This document shows, piece by piece, positions 11,502-23,634 of a stretch of DNA of 64,000 nt. The notes under the pieces are model-generated. The model saw nothing but the letters and a program-made list of their open reading frames with translations, did no database searches and was not told the origin of the DNA. Within the stretch, counting starts at the first letter, position 1, and each line of letters begins with the position of its first letter. The stretch comes from Cladosporium halotolerans (lineage: Eukaryota): assembly GCF_011745625.1 (NCBI RefSeq), contig NW_027191452.1, forward strand, positions 1,302,001 through 1,366,000, written 5' to 3'. Made by a program: the position numbers and the translations under genes.

Positions 11502-12784
11502 ATGAGAGTACTGTCGAACGAGCTCTTCCTGTATGCTCAACCCCAGAGAACGCGATTCATCCCGGTCTATGCACAAGTGCGGCGCCTGCATCAAAGCTCA
11601 GGACACCGGAATCTAGACGGCCAGAAAGACATCAACAAACAGACGATCTCAAACGGATTCACGCCTATGGCCGGGGATAAGTCGAAGAGTAATCAGGCTG
11701 CCGTCCCTAGACCATCTGCGTCGGTATTACTAGTGTCGCCTCAAAACCAGGTCCTGCTCCTGCAGAGAGTCAAGCAATCATCATCTTTCGCCTCGGCCCA
11801 CGTCTTCCCCGGTGGCAACGTCAGCGAGTTTCACGATGGCAGAGCGCCTGAGCCCGCCTCTGCGGAGCGACATGTTGATTCAGAGGTCTACAGAAAGGCT
11901 GCCATCAGGGAAACCTTTGAAGAATCCGGCATTCTCCTAGCACGAAATGCTGGCTTCGGAAGACTGATTGAGGTGCCCGAGGCCGAGAGAGAGGAAGGCC
12001 GGAAACTGGTTCACTCAAACAAGGTGCCATTCGAGCAATGGCTAGCTCAGAAAGGAGGTAGAGCAGACATAGGTGCGTTCTGAGTCTGTTCTTTGGTGCC
12101 GCAGACCTTGGCTGACCATGAGAAGATGGCTTACTACCTTTCACGCGCTGGGTGACTCCGACCAATGTGCCCAAGCGCTTCACAACTCAGATGTATATCT
12201 ACTTCCTGCCCACATTATCAGGCACGCCGCTTTCCGCCAACGGACAACCCAACTCCAATGCAGAAGACTTCGAGCCCGAGGTCTCAATACCTACGCCGAC
12301 CACAGACGGCGGCGTGGAGCATACCACGGCTCGCTTCCTCCCTGCATCTGTGTGGCTACGCCTGGCACAAGAAGGGAGGATCATCCTCTTCCCGCCACAA
12401 TTCTTCCTGCTGCATCAGGCAGCCCAGCACTTCGACAACCTCACAGCACCTACGGCTTACGGCAGTATCACAAGAGACACCGTGCCACGCGAGGAGCTCG
12501 AGGCCAGAAGAAAGCGTCTGGTAGACTTTATCAAGTCCGGTAGCCCGCCTTGGACAGAAAAGTGCATCAGTCCTACCGTGCAACCTCCCAGAGGTGGCAA
12601 GCGAAGGCAAGACGGCCGAGTGGTGCTGGGCCTGGAGAGGCCTGGACCTGAGCTCGAGGCCGCTAAGTTAGGCAGAAAGGGGCACCTTGAGGACTGTGTG
12701 CTGCTCGACTTCAGGAAAGAGGGACCGAGGAGAGTCGCGGTCATCAGCAGGGAAGAGGCTATGCAGCCTGAGTCGAAGATATAG
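11502..12784 (+). CDS. Nudix hydrolase, NUDT19-like; intron 12073-12125; second ATG at 11667
   Basis: PRPSASVLL, HVFPGG, Nudix box AAIRETFEESG, FTRWVTP..KRFTTQMY, ILFPPQFF. Ends in SKI (PTS1-like). Confidence 0.87.
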
Positions 12785-13463
12785 ACACAGAATAAGCGGA
12801 AGAATTCCCGACAAAGACGTGGATTAGGCCCGATACAAGAAAAAACCAGAGGTTGATTTGCTCTCAAGAACAGTAATATTAGGGGAGATGTAGGTACGCA
12901 AGGAGTCACACTCGCCACTGGGTTCACCGTATGGCGGCTCGGGTATGAACTATGAAGGTCCTTGATTTGGTCTTGCAAACATGTTGAGGCCAATAGCACC
13001 GAAGTGCGACTGACGAACGCTCCAGCCCACAGAAATGCCAGGACACAAGACGTGACACTGACATCCCGCTCTCCGGAGAGACCTCGTGTGTATCCCGAAG
13101 GAGGAGTAGCTGGATTGTCTGCTTGCGGAGTAGAGTTTAAGCACATCGAACGATAATTACCTTTCACTTTGAGATGATGGCAGCAAAAGCGTGCACAAAG
13201 CTTTGCCCTGATGCTTCGAGTATCACCTGTGGATTGCATGCTCAATCCGATATGAGGGGTGAAAGAATCCTGACTTCGAGTCGGGACGAAGTTTTGAATG
13301 CCCGCCAAGCTTTCCGGGCTTCGAGCGGTTGGCTGACAACCGAGCGCAGCTCTCGCGTCACAGCATCGCTTTCGCGATTCCGACTGAAGCCCCGCGATTC
13401 TTTGGAATAACAGATAGGACACCTTCAGACGCCTTTTCAATTGCGACACATTACCCTGCAAGC

Positions 13464-14056
13464 ATGGCCGACACCGAGATGGACGTCGACGCTCCTCAGT
13501 CACCTGTCGAACGCAAGGTCGACCAGTCGCAAGCCAACAGCGACACCCGCACCGCCGAGAACGCAGCCGCAGTACGCAGTATTGAGGGATGGATCATCAT
13601 TGCTACGAATGTGCACGAGGAGGCTAGTGAGGAGGACGTTCAGGACATGTTTGGCGAGTTCGGCGAGATCAAGAACCTCCACATGAACCTCGATCGCAGA
13701 ACAGGTTATGTCAAGGTGAGTGAGGGGAGGGATAGCTCAGCGCATGTTGGAGGTCATCATCTTCTATGATGCCTTACTCTGCGGGCATCATATTTCATTC
13801 GGGTCGCTGACGTTACTGCGCACAACAGGGGTACGCCCTCATCGAATACCCCACCCTCGACGAAGCAAAAGAAGCCATTGAAGGCGCGAATGGCAAGCAG
13901 TTGCTCGAGCAGACGATTGGAGTAGACTTTGCGTTTGTGCGTCCGCCGCCAAACAAGAATTCAAGTGCTGCTAGAGGCGGTAGGAAGTCAGACAGGCGCC
14001 GGAGCAGGAGTCCAGGCGCAAGGCCGGTGAAGGATGACGAAGATGACATCGACTGA
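13464..14056 (+). CDS. RBM8A: Exon-junction-complex RRM protein Y14/RBM8A; intron 13716-13828
   Basis: [21 protein letters not shown]...[25 protein letters not shown] is the diagnostic Y14 sequence. Confidence 0.96.
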
Positions 14057-15771
14057 ACGAAACACGCCTTTGTTTCTATGCTCTTGGAGCTGGAGCAGAA
14101 CAACCGGGATTAATTTCGGCGATTTGGAACCAGCAGTGAGCAGAGCTTCCTGCCAGGATGGATAAGGATGACCAGGCGCCGACCCGAGGTCGGCAGAGAT
14201 AGCCAACGTATTACGAGTAAGGCTGAAACACCCCTCGTATTTTTTTCTTGATTTTTACTGACTTATCTGCAAGACAGATTCCCTTCGGCTGATTCACAAT
14301 GCCCTTCCCCGAGAGTGAGACAGCGGTGCCTCCTTGGGTTTGTCGAGCTCCGCCCCGGTGGGGTGCGACAGGGTCCCTTGATGAACCAGCATGCACAATG
14401 GGACAGTCAGGCTGTGCCATGTGAGGTTTTGACATGTGCGAGGCACCGTCACATTCGTATTGATTCGAGAGAACTACAAGCCAACCAAAGTCGTAGCGTC
14501 CAAGTGTAAAGAGATGCTGGCTTAGGAGCTGGCCAATCTCAAAAAGAGAGATTTACATCGGAATGAGCGTTCTGACCAACATTCTATCTTCAGATGGCTT
14601 GTCGCTTGTGCAATTGCGGATCTGCGACAAGACCCTCTAGTTTTTTGTCTCCAAATATGCTTCAACATTCCGTCATACCCATGAACCGAAAGCGCCATAT
14701 GGAGAACTGGAGGCATCGAGAACGAAAGTTGGTTCTGTCTAGAACGATGGTTCTCCTCGCTTTGTTCTCTCGGGCTCATATCCTGTGCCAGCCGGCCAGT
14801 TCATGCCCAAACCCAAGGACGGAGCTGGTGGCCTTAAACCTCAAAAGAGCAGGCTTCAGGCCAGAACGCTCCAGCGATCTCGAGAACGCGTGACTTTGAT
14901 CATAGCCTCAGAAGTCGGACTGCCAGGGAGTCGAGGCTCGGACTGTACTAAATATCTCACTTCGCTAAGGCAGACACAGCACGCGATCATTTGTTATGCT
15001 GCACCTGCACTCGTGCTGCTTGACAGCAATTTCGACGTTCTAAGATGAGTGCAACCGCCTAGGTAATCAAACCAGTTGCCCAACGCCGACCCTATAACAC
15101 CGGCGTATTATTGCACTGCTGGACAAGCCCGACGGGCCAGACTTTTGACCAATTCAGATAGAGATCGACATTCGTCATCTAAAGCCGCGAGACATGGCTA
15201 ACCCTCGTCACAAATTGACGAATTTCCAACCAGCCGGTGTCAATCAAGGACCCGATCCGGGATACGCATAGGACCGCTCGCAGTATGAGCGCTCGGTGGA
15301 GACCATTGCGGCATCCCTACCGTCGCATCCGAAAGCCTTGTTTATGGGCCATATCGCCAGAGTATATTGCATGAGGCTTCGAGCCTTAGCAAGGCACGTT
15401 CGGGGCATCTCTCAACGACCACATCGAAGCCCAGTCATCGAGATGGCACGACAAGGAGACTTGCATCTTATATCCGCTGTTCCCAGATGAGCGCTGTGTA
15501 TGAGCAATCTGATGTGGAACATTTTGATGATGTGTACTCGGTCAGACAACGTTTCTGATCCGCGACATGGCACGTTGATGTCAACAACCATGCGAGATTC
15601 TGGCAACGGCGCAACTTCACAACGTCGAAGCATCCGTGCAGAAGCCACAAGAGCTAGGTGCCAGTCCTGTACACCTGGAGTATAACCCGTCTCGTCTGCT
15701 CTCTTTCCTTTCTTTGCCTACGCCTGAGTTTCAGCAGTCAGGTAACGACGACGTCCATTGGCTTCGGCCAC

Positions 15772-15845
15772 ACATTCATTCATTCGTTCATTTTTTCATT
15801 CATTCACTCATTGCATACAACTCATCATACCACATTCATTACATA
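15772..15845 (+). repeat. Imperfect (CATT)n microsatellite just upstream of the laccase ATG
   Basis: cattcattcattcgttcatt...cattcattcactcatt...cattcatt. Confidence 0.6.
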
Positions 15846-15867
15846 ATACTAATACGTGACTTTCACG

Positions 15868-17995
15868 ATGTCCTTCTACGCTAGAGCTGCCACAGCGGCT
15901 CTTGCGACCAGGCAAGCCCTCGATATTCCATCCAGCATCTACAGCATGGTCTCCGATGAGCTCAATGAGCGTAAGTTCAGAGTACACCTGAAAACAAAAA
16001 CTATCACTAACCGCAGTAGTGCTCAACGCCGGTGGCATCTCTACGCTCGGTACTGCCCTCGCTCAAGTCCTTCCCGATGGCCTTACGAACAACCCAATGC
16101 CTGACGGCAAGCCTTGGGGCAAACGGAACTCTACAAACACCAACTACTATCTCGAGACACCAGACACCGGCGTCACGCGCTACTACGACTTCACTGTTTC
16201 GAAGACCCGCTGCGCTCCTGACGGCGTGGAGATCGATTGCTTGTTGGCGAACAACCAATTCCCGGGTCCGACTATCGAAGCCAACTGGGGTGACTGGATC
16301 GAAGTCAAGGTGCACAACAATCTCTCGGATGCAGGGACTGCCATGCACTGGCACGGAATTCTGCAAAAAGACGCTCAGTGGATGGACGGTGTTCCCGGCT
16401 ACACTCAGTGCCCTATCGCACCTGGAGAGGATTACACCTACCGTTTCCGTGCCGACCTCTACGGCACCAGCTGGTGGCACGCTCACTACTCCGCTCAATA
16501 TGGTAGCGGTCTCGTTGGACCAATGGTGATCTACGGCCCGAAGAACGAACAGGACGACCTGGATCTCGGCCCCGTCATGCTTCAGGATTGGTTCCACACT
16601 TATTACCAGGAGGAAGTCGATGGCCTTTTCAACGAGATACCGAACGCTGTCGTTCCCCGGGGAGACTCCAACACCATCAACGGCAAGGGAAGCTACCCCT
16701 GCTCCAAGACCGACAAGAAGTGCAGCGATGATATGCCGATGGCCACCTTCAGCTTCCAGTCCGGCAGAATGCACCGTCTGCGCCTTATCAACCCCTCTTC
16801 CGCTGCCACACAGAAGTTCACTATCGATGGCCACAGATTCCGTGTCATTGCAACTGACTTTGTCGAGATTGAGCCCTATGACACGGACGTCATCACTCTG
16901 GGCGTCGGCCAGCGCAGCGACGTGCTCGTCTACGGCACCGGCGAGCCTACCGACGCTGTCTACATGCGTGCCTTCAGGCCGACATCCTGCGCCCTCAGTA
17001 ACGGCGGTGAAGAGGTTGTCGCTGCGGTCTACTACGAGGACGCAAACCGCAAGCACCTCCCTGACAGCCAGCCCGGCCCGAACGCCTACAACGAGTACTG
17101 CGGCAACGACCCGCTCGAAGACACCGTGCCTACCTACCCTCTCGAGGCCACTGAGCCAAGTGTCACCGAGATCGTCCCGGTGCAGCTCAAATCCAACGGC
17201 AGCCACCTCGTGTGGTACATGGGAGGCCGTACTATGCGCGTCGATTACAACGACCCTATGCTCTACGACGTCAACGACGGCCAGTTTGAGTTCGATTTCA
17301 TGAGGAACGTCCACAACTATGGCAGCAACAAGACTATCCGTTTTGTCATTGAGAACACTGGTCCTCAGCCTCACCCAATGCACTTGCACGGTAAGTCAAC
17401 TACTGAATCATCGTTTGGATGACAACAGTCACTGACAACAACACAGGACACAACATTCAGATCATCGCCGAAGGCGAATGTGGAGACATGGGCACCATCT
17501 TCAGGGAGACCATGGGCGGCGCTGGTGGCCCTCCCCAGGGCAACCCCAACGCAGGCGCCGTTTCCAAGCGCGAAAGCGTTGACGACCTGCTCAGCGAGAA
17601 CTCCCGTATCATGGGTAGTGGCGAAGCAGGCGAGACCCTTGGGCAATTCGGCACCTGCTGGGACGGCAAGGTCACCAACCAAAAGAACCCGGCCAGACGT
17701 GACGTCGCCCAGCTCATGGCCAACTCTTACATCGTCCTGCAGTGGAACCAGGATAACCCCGGCATCTGGCGTGAGTACACCTTGTTCGTTGATGCACCTT
17801 ATGGCAAGATCACTGACCATTTGAATAGCGCTCCACTGCCACATCGCATGGCACTTGTCGGCCGGCTTCGTCTGGACCGTCCTCGAGCGTCCAGAGGAGC
17901 TCGTGGGCAAGATGCCCGACGTGCAGCAGGACACCTGCGCCGGCTGGGATAAGTGGAGCAACAACCACCGCGTCGGCCAGATTGACTCTTTCTGA
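15868..17995 (+). CDS. Laccase-like multicopper oxidase (AA1); introns 15971-16016, 17391-17446, 17771-17828
   Basis: All four copper motifs are present: HWHG, WWHAHY, HPMHLHGH and HCHIAWH. The last two are completed across introns. Confidence 0.93.
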
Positions 17996-19520
17996 TCTAC
18001 CAAGCTCAGACTTTCGTAACTTTTCCTTATTGGTGGGATGCTTCTTGATCCTTTCACGGCTGTTCCCTGGAAATACTTTGATACACAATATCACTTTCGT
18101 TCATGATCATTCACATCGTCCTCGATGCTTCCACATATTCTCTCCTATTATCTCATCGTGTGCTTTCGCTCCAATTCGTCTTCACCCGATGTGACAAGCA
18201 CAGTCCTGACCTTGCTCTTTGCTCTGATCGATAGAGCACGTGGTAGTTGAAGCGCCAGCGGGTTCGCCGCGTGGTTTCCACGCAAGGCCTTAGCTGAGAA
18301 GGCACTGTAACTTTGATGAGCTCATCAGAGAAATGGCAACCTTGATGGCGGGCTTTGGTTATTAATCATGGAGCAACCTGATAATGTAGACTTCACCTCT
18401 TCTCGGCTCCTTCTAGGACAATCGCGGCTGTCTTGTCTAGCTCCTACACCAAAACCTATCTTATTCAGGTCACTGCCGTCGTTTTCAGATTGGCCGACTA
18501 GTGCAAGTCTGCTCCCGGAAGCGATGTAATGACCACGATGCACGAATTTGCACTCATGAGCCCTCTCGCGCAGGTTGAAGTCAACAAGCGGTGAATTGAG
18601 CGCTACTTCTCATCGCTCTTTGACGTATACCATTCAATGCATCTTTACTAAAGCCAAGTGCCTGTCACCTGGTCACGCTGGCGCACCGCTTCGAGATACC
18701 TCGCCCACGTCCTCCAAAGGAAACAGGGCCATTACCATCAACCGCCTTCTCACTCGGACCTCGCGTCTTGACGGAAATGATAGCCCTATTCAAGTGCTTT
18801 CATACGCTCTCTCACCAGCCCTTTCCAGGACCCGATTCCCCTCGCTTCGCCTGAGGCGCCGATGAAGCGCAGTGTCATCATCGGTTCTGGAACAACAAAC
18901 GCTTCTGCCCCACCTGAGCTTCGAAGCTGACGGCGCAGCGCCGCAAAACCGAGCTGCAACGACCTGGCCCGGACGCATGGGAAGGAACCCCGAGTATTTG
19001 GAATCTATCTGCGCGGGCAATATCGCCTAGGCACTTCGACGCACGGCTGCGACGAAAAGATATCGTCCGGCACGCCACTCATGGTTACAATGAGCCGAGC
19101 GACGCCTGCCTTGTCAGCTCCCGGTCATCTCAATGGTCCACCAGCTGTTTCTCTTACGAAAGGCGTGAGAAACGAGCTCGCAGGCTAGGGACGGATCCCC
19201 AGAGCTGTTCCAGGGGAAAGCGCATCGGAATACATCGCCGCCATGCGACCGACCTATACAGTACAGCGCGCGGGTCTGACTTGGGCCCATCCGCACCAAT
19301 GACAATTCCAAAACCCACCGGAGCTGTGATGTCAATCGAAAGCCTGCTTGCCCCGCCTGTGAACGGACGACCTCAAGGGTTATCGAAGGTGGGGTGAGAG
19401 TGGCTCGCACACTTAAGAAGGCGACATGTAACCCACTGTTGCGCTCGCCTTTCCTCTCTTCTCTTGCCATCCCAGATCAAAACCCACCAAAACAGAATCA
19501 ACCACCAAAGCACCACAACT

Positions 19521-20013
19521 ATGTCCCAGACCTTCGCCGCCCAGTGCCACTGCGGCCACCACAAGTGGGAGTGGACCCTCGGCGCCGAGCTGCAGAAGCA
19601 CGTCCTGTGCCACTGCGACACGTGCAAGATCCTCTCCGGCGGCCCCTACACCCTCAACCAGATCGTGCCCAAGTCCTCCCTCAAGATCACCGCCGGCGGC
19701 GAGCCGTCCAAGTACTCCTACAAGGGCGACAGCGGTAAGTCTAGCAAGAAAATGTTATTCGGTCAAGGAAGGATGTAACACTGACAAACGCATTTTCAAA
19801 GGCAACTCCGTCAACTGCTACTACTGCCCGCACTGCACGACGCACATCTACCACCACCAGGAGGTCATGGGCCCGGACACCATCATCGCGCGCACCGGCA
19901 TCCCGGCCGACGCCCGCAAGAAGTTCCCCGTCGCCGCCGAGATCTACGGCAAGGACAAGCTTTCCTGGGAGCCTAAGATTGCGGAGACCTTCGACGTTCT
20001 GCCTCCGTCGTAG
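19521..20013 (+). CDS. GFA/CENP-V (Mss4-like) zinc-binding protein; intron 19735-19801
   Basis: CHCG...CHCDTC...GDSGNSVNCYYCPHC pattern. Confidence 0.85.
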
Positions 20014-20206
20014 AGGAGTGCGATGTTTGAATTTGATGAAATAATGAATCGCGGTGAGGTTGTCTGGTAATGGAAGAATGGAACGAAACGGCACGTAATC
20101 AAACGAAATGAAATGTTGGATTGCGAAAGGATTCACGTGGTGATGAAGTTGTGACTTTGATGTACTGCGTTGCTGTCTATGTTATTTTCGTGAGAGGGGG
20201 AGTATA

Positions 20207-21768
20207 TTATTCTTCGTATGTGACGGTCTTGAGCTTCAGGAACTCCTCCAGACCCCACTGTGCATTGAAACGGCCCTGTGGAAATTGTCAGTACGCATGT
20301 TCCCATCGACTGAGGATTGTGTAACTGGCAACTTACCCAGCCGCTCTTCTTCACGCCGCCGTGGGGAAGCGCTGCTTCGTCGCTGGATAGAAAGTTAGTC
20401 AAGCTCCCATCATAAGCTTCCAACGAAGACGAGCACTTACTGCACACTCATAGAGTTGATGTGAATCGCGCCGGATTCCACCTCCCTCGCGATCCTCAGA
20501 CCCCTGCCCAAGTTCTCCGTGAACACCGCACCGCTGAGCCCATACTCAGTGTCGTTCGCAATCTCGACCGCGTGCTCGTCGCTATCGACGGCAATCAAGC
20601 TGACAGTCGGCCCAAACGACTCCGTGTAGAAGATATCCATCTCCTTCGTCACATCGCTGACAATCATCGGGCGCAAGCGGAACTCGCTCTCCTCCTTCGC
20701 GCCCACATCGCCATACAGCACCTTCGCGCCCTTCTTCTCCGCATCCTCGCGAAGCGCCTGGTTCTTCTGCACGCCCGCCTTGGCAACCAACACAGGCGCC
20801 TCACCAGACGAAGCGTACACCTTCTCCGTTGCCGCCTTGAGCGCCTCGCCGAACTTCTCCAGCACGTCGCGGTGCACGAGGATGCGCTCGGTGGACATGC
20901 AGATCTGGCCGGCGTGGAAAAACGAGCCGAGCGCGCACTGGAAGGCCGCCTTCTCGAGGTCCGCGTCCGCGCAGACGATCGCCGACGCCTTGCCGCCCAG
21001 CTCCATGAGCACGGGCTTGAGCTCCTTGCCCGCTTTCGACGAGATGAGCGAGCCCACGCCCGTCGAGCCCGTGAAGTTGATCTTCTTCACGGCCGGGTGC
21101 TCGATGATCGTGTTCGTCACGGCCACGGCGTCCTGCGGCCGGTGGTAGATGATGTTCAGCACGCCGGCCGGCAGGCCGGCTTCCTGCATGATGCTGCCGA
21201 AGACCAAGGCGCAGCGCGGGCTGAGCTCGGAGCCCTTGAAGACGGCCGTGTTGCCGGCGGCGATGGCGTACAGCCACGCGCGCGAGCCGAGGATGTACGG
21301 CGCGTTCCAGGGCGCCATGCCGTAGATGACGCCGAAAGGCTCCTTGAAGACGAAGGCGCCAGTGCCGGGCGTCTGGGTCTGCGGGATCGCGCCGTGGATG
21401 TTGGAGACGAGCCCCGCGACGCTGCGGAAGACCTCGACGGTCGTGAAGACGTTGAAGTTGCTGAACATGTCCATCGCGCCCGTCTCCTGCATCATATAGC
21501 TCTTGAGCTCGTCCGCGCGCGCCTCCATGATGTCGGCGGCCTTGAGGAAGATCTTGCGGACCTCGGCGGGTTTGGTCTTGCGCCATGATTTGAAGGCGCG
21601 CTGAGCGGCATCGACGGCGTCGACGGCTTCTTTCTTGGTCGCGCCGTGCGAGGACCAGACTTTGTCGCCGGTGGCGGGGTTGACGACGTCGAAGACGGCC
21701 TCGGTGGTGACTTCTCGGCCGTCGATGTAGAGCGGGAGGGGGCCCGAGGGGGTGGTGGCGGCGGCCAT
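20207..21768 (-). CDS. NAD(P)-dependent aldehyde dehydrogenase, salicylaldehyde/vanillin dehydrogenase-like; exons 21768-20441, 20382-20337, 20275-20207
   Basis: APWNAP, FTGSTGVG, catalytic MELGGK and GQICMS, ESFGP, HDEAALPHGGVKKSGWGRFN. Confidence 0.92.
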
Positions 21769-22806
21769 TGCGGAGGTTCAGGGCTCACGGTGGCTAGAGG
21801 TCGAGGGGGGTTCGGCGGGGGTCCTGTCCAGGCTTGACCGCGCGGTGTTGCGGTGATGGAGGCATCTTGTAGGAGGGCGGCATGGGATGGCCGCCTATCG
21901 GGTGGGTAGCTGTCGTTGGTTTGTCATGGCGAGGGGTGTGCAAGGCCCTGAAGTGGGGCCGGGGGCTCTGACATTGGACGTTCCGAAGAGAGCAGCACAG
22001 GATGGCGTCGGAGGCGAAAGCTCGGTTGGCAATCCGGCAATTTGATGGCAGGAGCGCAGAGTGTCCGTAACACCCTTGCCCATCTGCCGGCGACTCTTGA
22101 CGTGGGGTTAAGACGCAGGAAGTAGTGTGCGAGTGCGGCTTTGCATGGACGTTGGAAAGATTAATATCTTCAGCCAATGGCCGGTTGATGGCCCGTTCTT
22201 TACACGTGCAGCGCCCTGACATCTAGTAGTCGCCAGCCAATCGTCGGTATAGCCGCTTTAGCATCGCCAATACCTACCTTACGCGGCGAAGTAGACGCTT
22301 GCACAGACCGAGTTTATACATGCGACACGTAGAATGTCAAAGGCGATGTCCAAGGCAACACTTGGTATCGTATTTCGAACAGACCTTAGGCGATACTTGC
22401 GCCAAAACTAGGGACCAACAACGCACAAAAGCAAGATGAACTCGAGAATCTCGCCTTCGAATGCTTGTTCGAATGAAGTTCTCTTTCGATCCATACAGGT
22501 TCCTTATGATATATGCAGACGCAAGAAACACTAACGTAACCTGTTGTCGCACACAGCCCGCAAAGACAAGATGATAAATACAAAACAGCTGTCAATGTCG
22601 CATTAAAAGGCCGTCAGCCCGTAAAAGAAGATGGCTGAGAACAATGCCACAAGAAAATGCGCAAACAAATGCCGTGCCGCCGCACCATACATGCATATGA
22701 TGCGGCCAAATAGAAATTCGTATTTTATGGAAAAAGATATCGCAACATGCAACCCGACTCGCGGATGGTTCAAAAGAAAACATCAATCCCAATTTTTGTC
22801 CAGCGC

Positions 22807-23634
22807 TCACAGAGCGAAGACGGCGACACCAGCCGCGATGACGAGGCCGCCGATGCTGGCGGCCATGTTGGAGGCGCCGCCGGTGGAGGCCTCGACGTTG
22901 CTGGGGCCGGTGGAGTTGGTGCTGGTCATGTTGCTGCCGGTCGGGTAGGCGGCCTTGGACATCGTGGAGCTGCTCTTGAGGGAGGAGGGCACGGTCATGG
23001 CGCCGGTGGGCTGAACGACGGAGCTGTTGCTGGGGGTGCCGGTGGAGGCGGCGGCAGTCATGACGGGCGCGACGGAAGAGTGCTCAGAGGTGGCGGAGGT
23101 GACGGCGACGGAGGCGGAGCTGGCGAGCGCGCTGTACGAGGAGACGGCGGCCTTGCTGGCGGAGGAGATGGCGGAGAGAGCGGTGCTCTGTGCGGAGGCG
23201 TAGCCGGCCGGGGCGGAGGACTCCTCCTTGGCGTTGTAGTGGTCGTTGGAGATGCCGAACTGGGTGGTGTACTGGTACTGGCCGGTCTTGTCGTCGATCA
23301 GCTGAATGCCGTAGCCCTTGGCGCCCTCGGAGGGCTCGAGGGTGTCCTTGGGCTCCCAGGTGTAGCTGCCGCTGTTCTCGATCTTCTCGGCGATTGCGTA
23401 GACGGGGATCAGGTTGGAGGCCGGGCCCTTGAGGAGGACGAGAGAGACGGTGCCATCGGTGGTGGGCTCCCAGGTGACAGTGAAGGACTTGTCGACGGGG
23501 ACGACGCTGTTGAGGCCGGGCTGAGAGATGGGGTTACCCTTGGGCTCGGAGCCGGTAGGCGTGGTGTAGGCAGAGGCCAGAGGGGCCAAGCAGGCGAGGC
23601 CCGCGGTGAAGAGGCTGAACATGCGAGGAGACAT
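22807..23634 (-). CDS. GPI-anchored Ser/Thr-rich cell-wall protein (Kre9/Knh1-like N-terminal domain)
   Basis: Signal peptide, GNPISQPG...VTWEPTT...NSGSYTW...YGIQLIDD...QYQYTTQF, S/T-rich stalk, hydrophobic C-terminal GPI signal. Confidence 0.88.
   Translation of the reverse strand: MSPRMFSLFTAGLACLAPLASAYTTPTGSEPKGNPISQPGLNSVVPVDKSFTVTWEPTTDGTVSLVLLKGPASNLIPVYAIAEKIENSGSYTWEPKDTLEPSEGAKGYGIQLIDDKTGQYQYTTQFGISNDHYNAKEESSAPAGYASAQSTALSAISSASKAAVSSYSALASSASVAVTSATSEHSSVAPVMTAAASTGTPSNSSVVQPTGAMTVPSSLKSSSTMSKAAYPTGSNMTSTNSTGPSNVEASTGGASNMAASIGGLVIAAGVAVFAL

Noticed and set aside
12457..13503. 348-aa minus-strand ORF
   Set aside because: Non-ATG start, overlaps the Nudix and Y14 genes in antisense, and has no recognisable domain.
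16007..17389. 460-aa antisense ORF over the laccase; similar shadows at 20461-21588, 22747-23718, 31155-32192, 38178-39137, 49987-51114 and 52698-53711
   Set aside because: Expected by-product of GC3-rich codon usage in the real gene on the other strand. No motifs.
18221..18300. tRNA-like motifs (TGGTAG ... GGTTCG)
   Set aside because: Spacing of about 20 nt is too short and no cloverleaf forms. The TAGCTCAG at about 13733 likewise has no B box.
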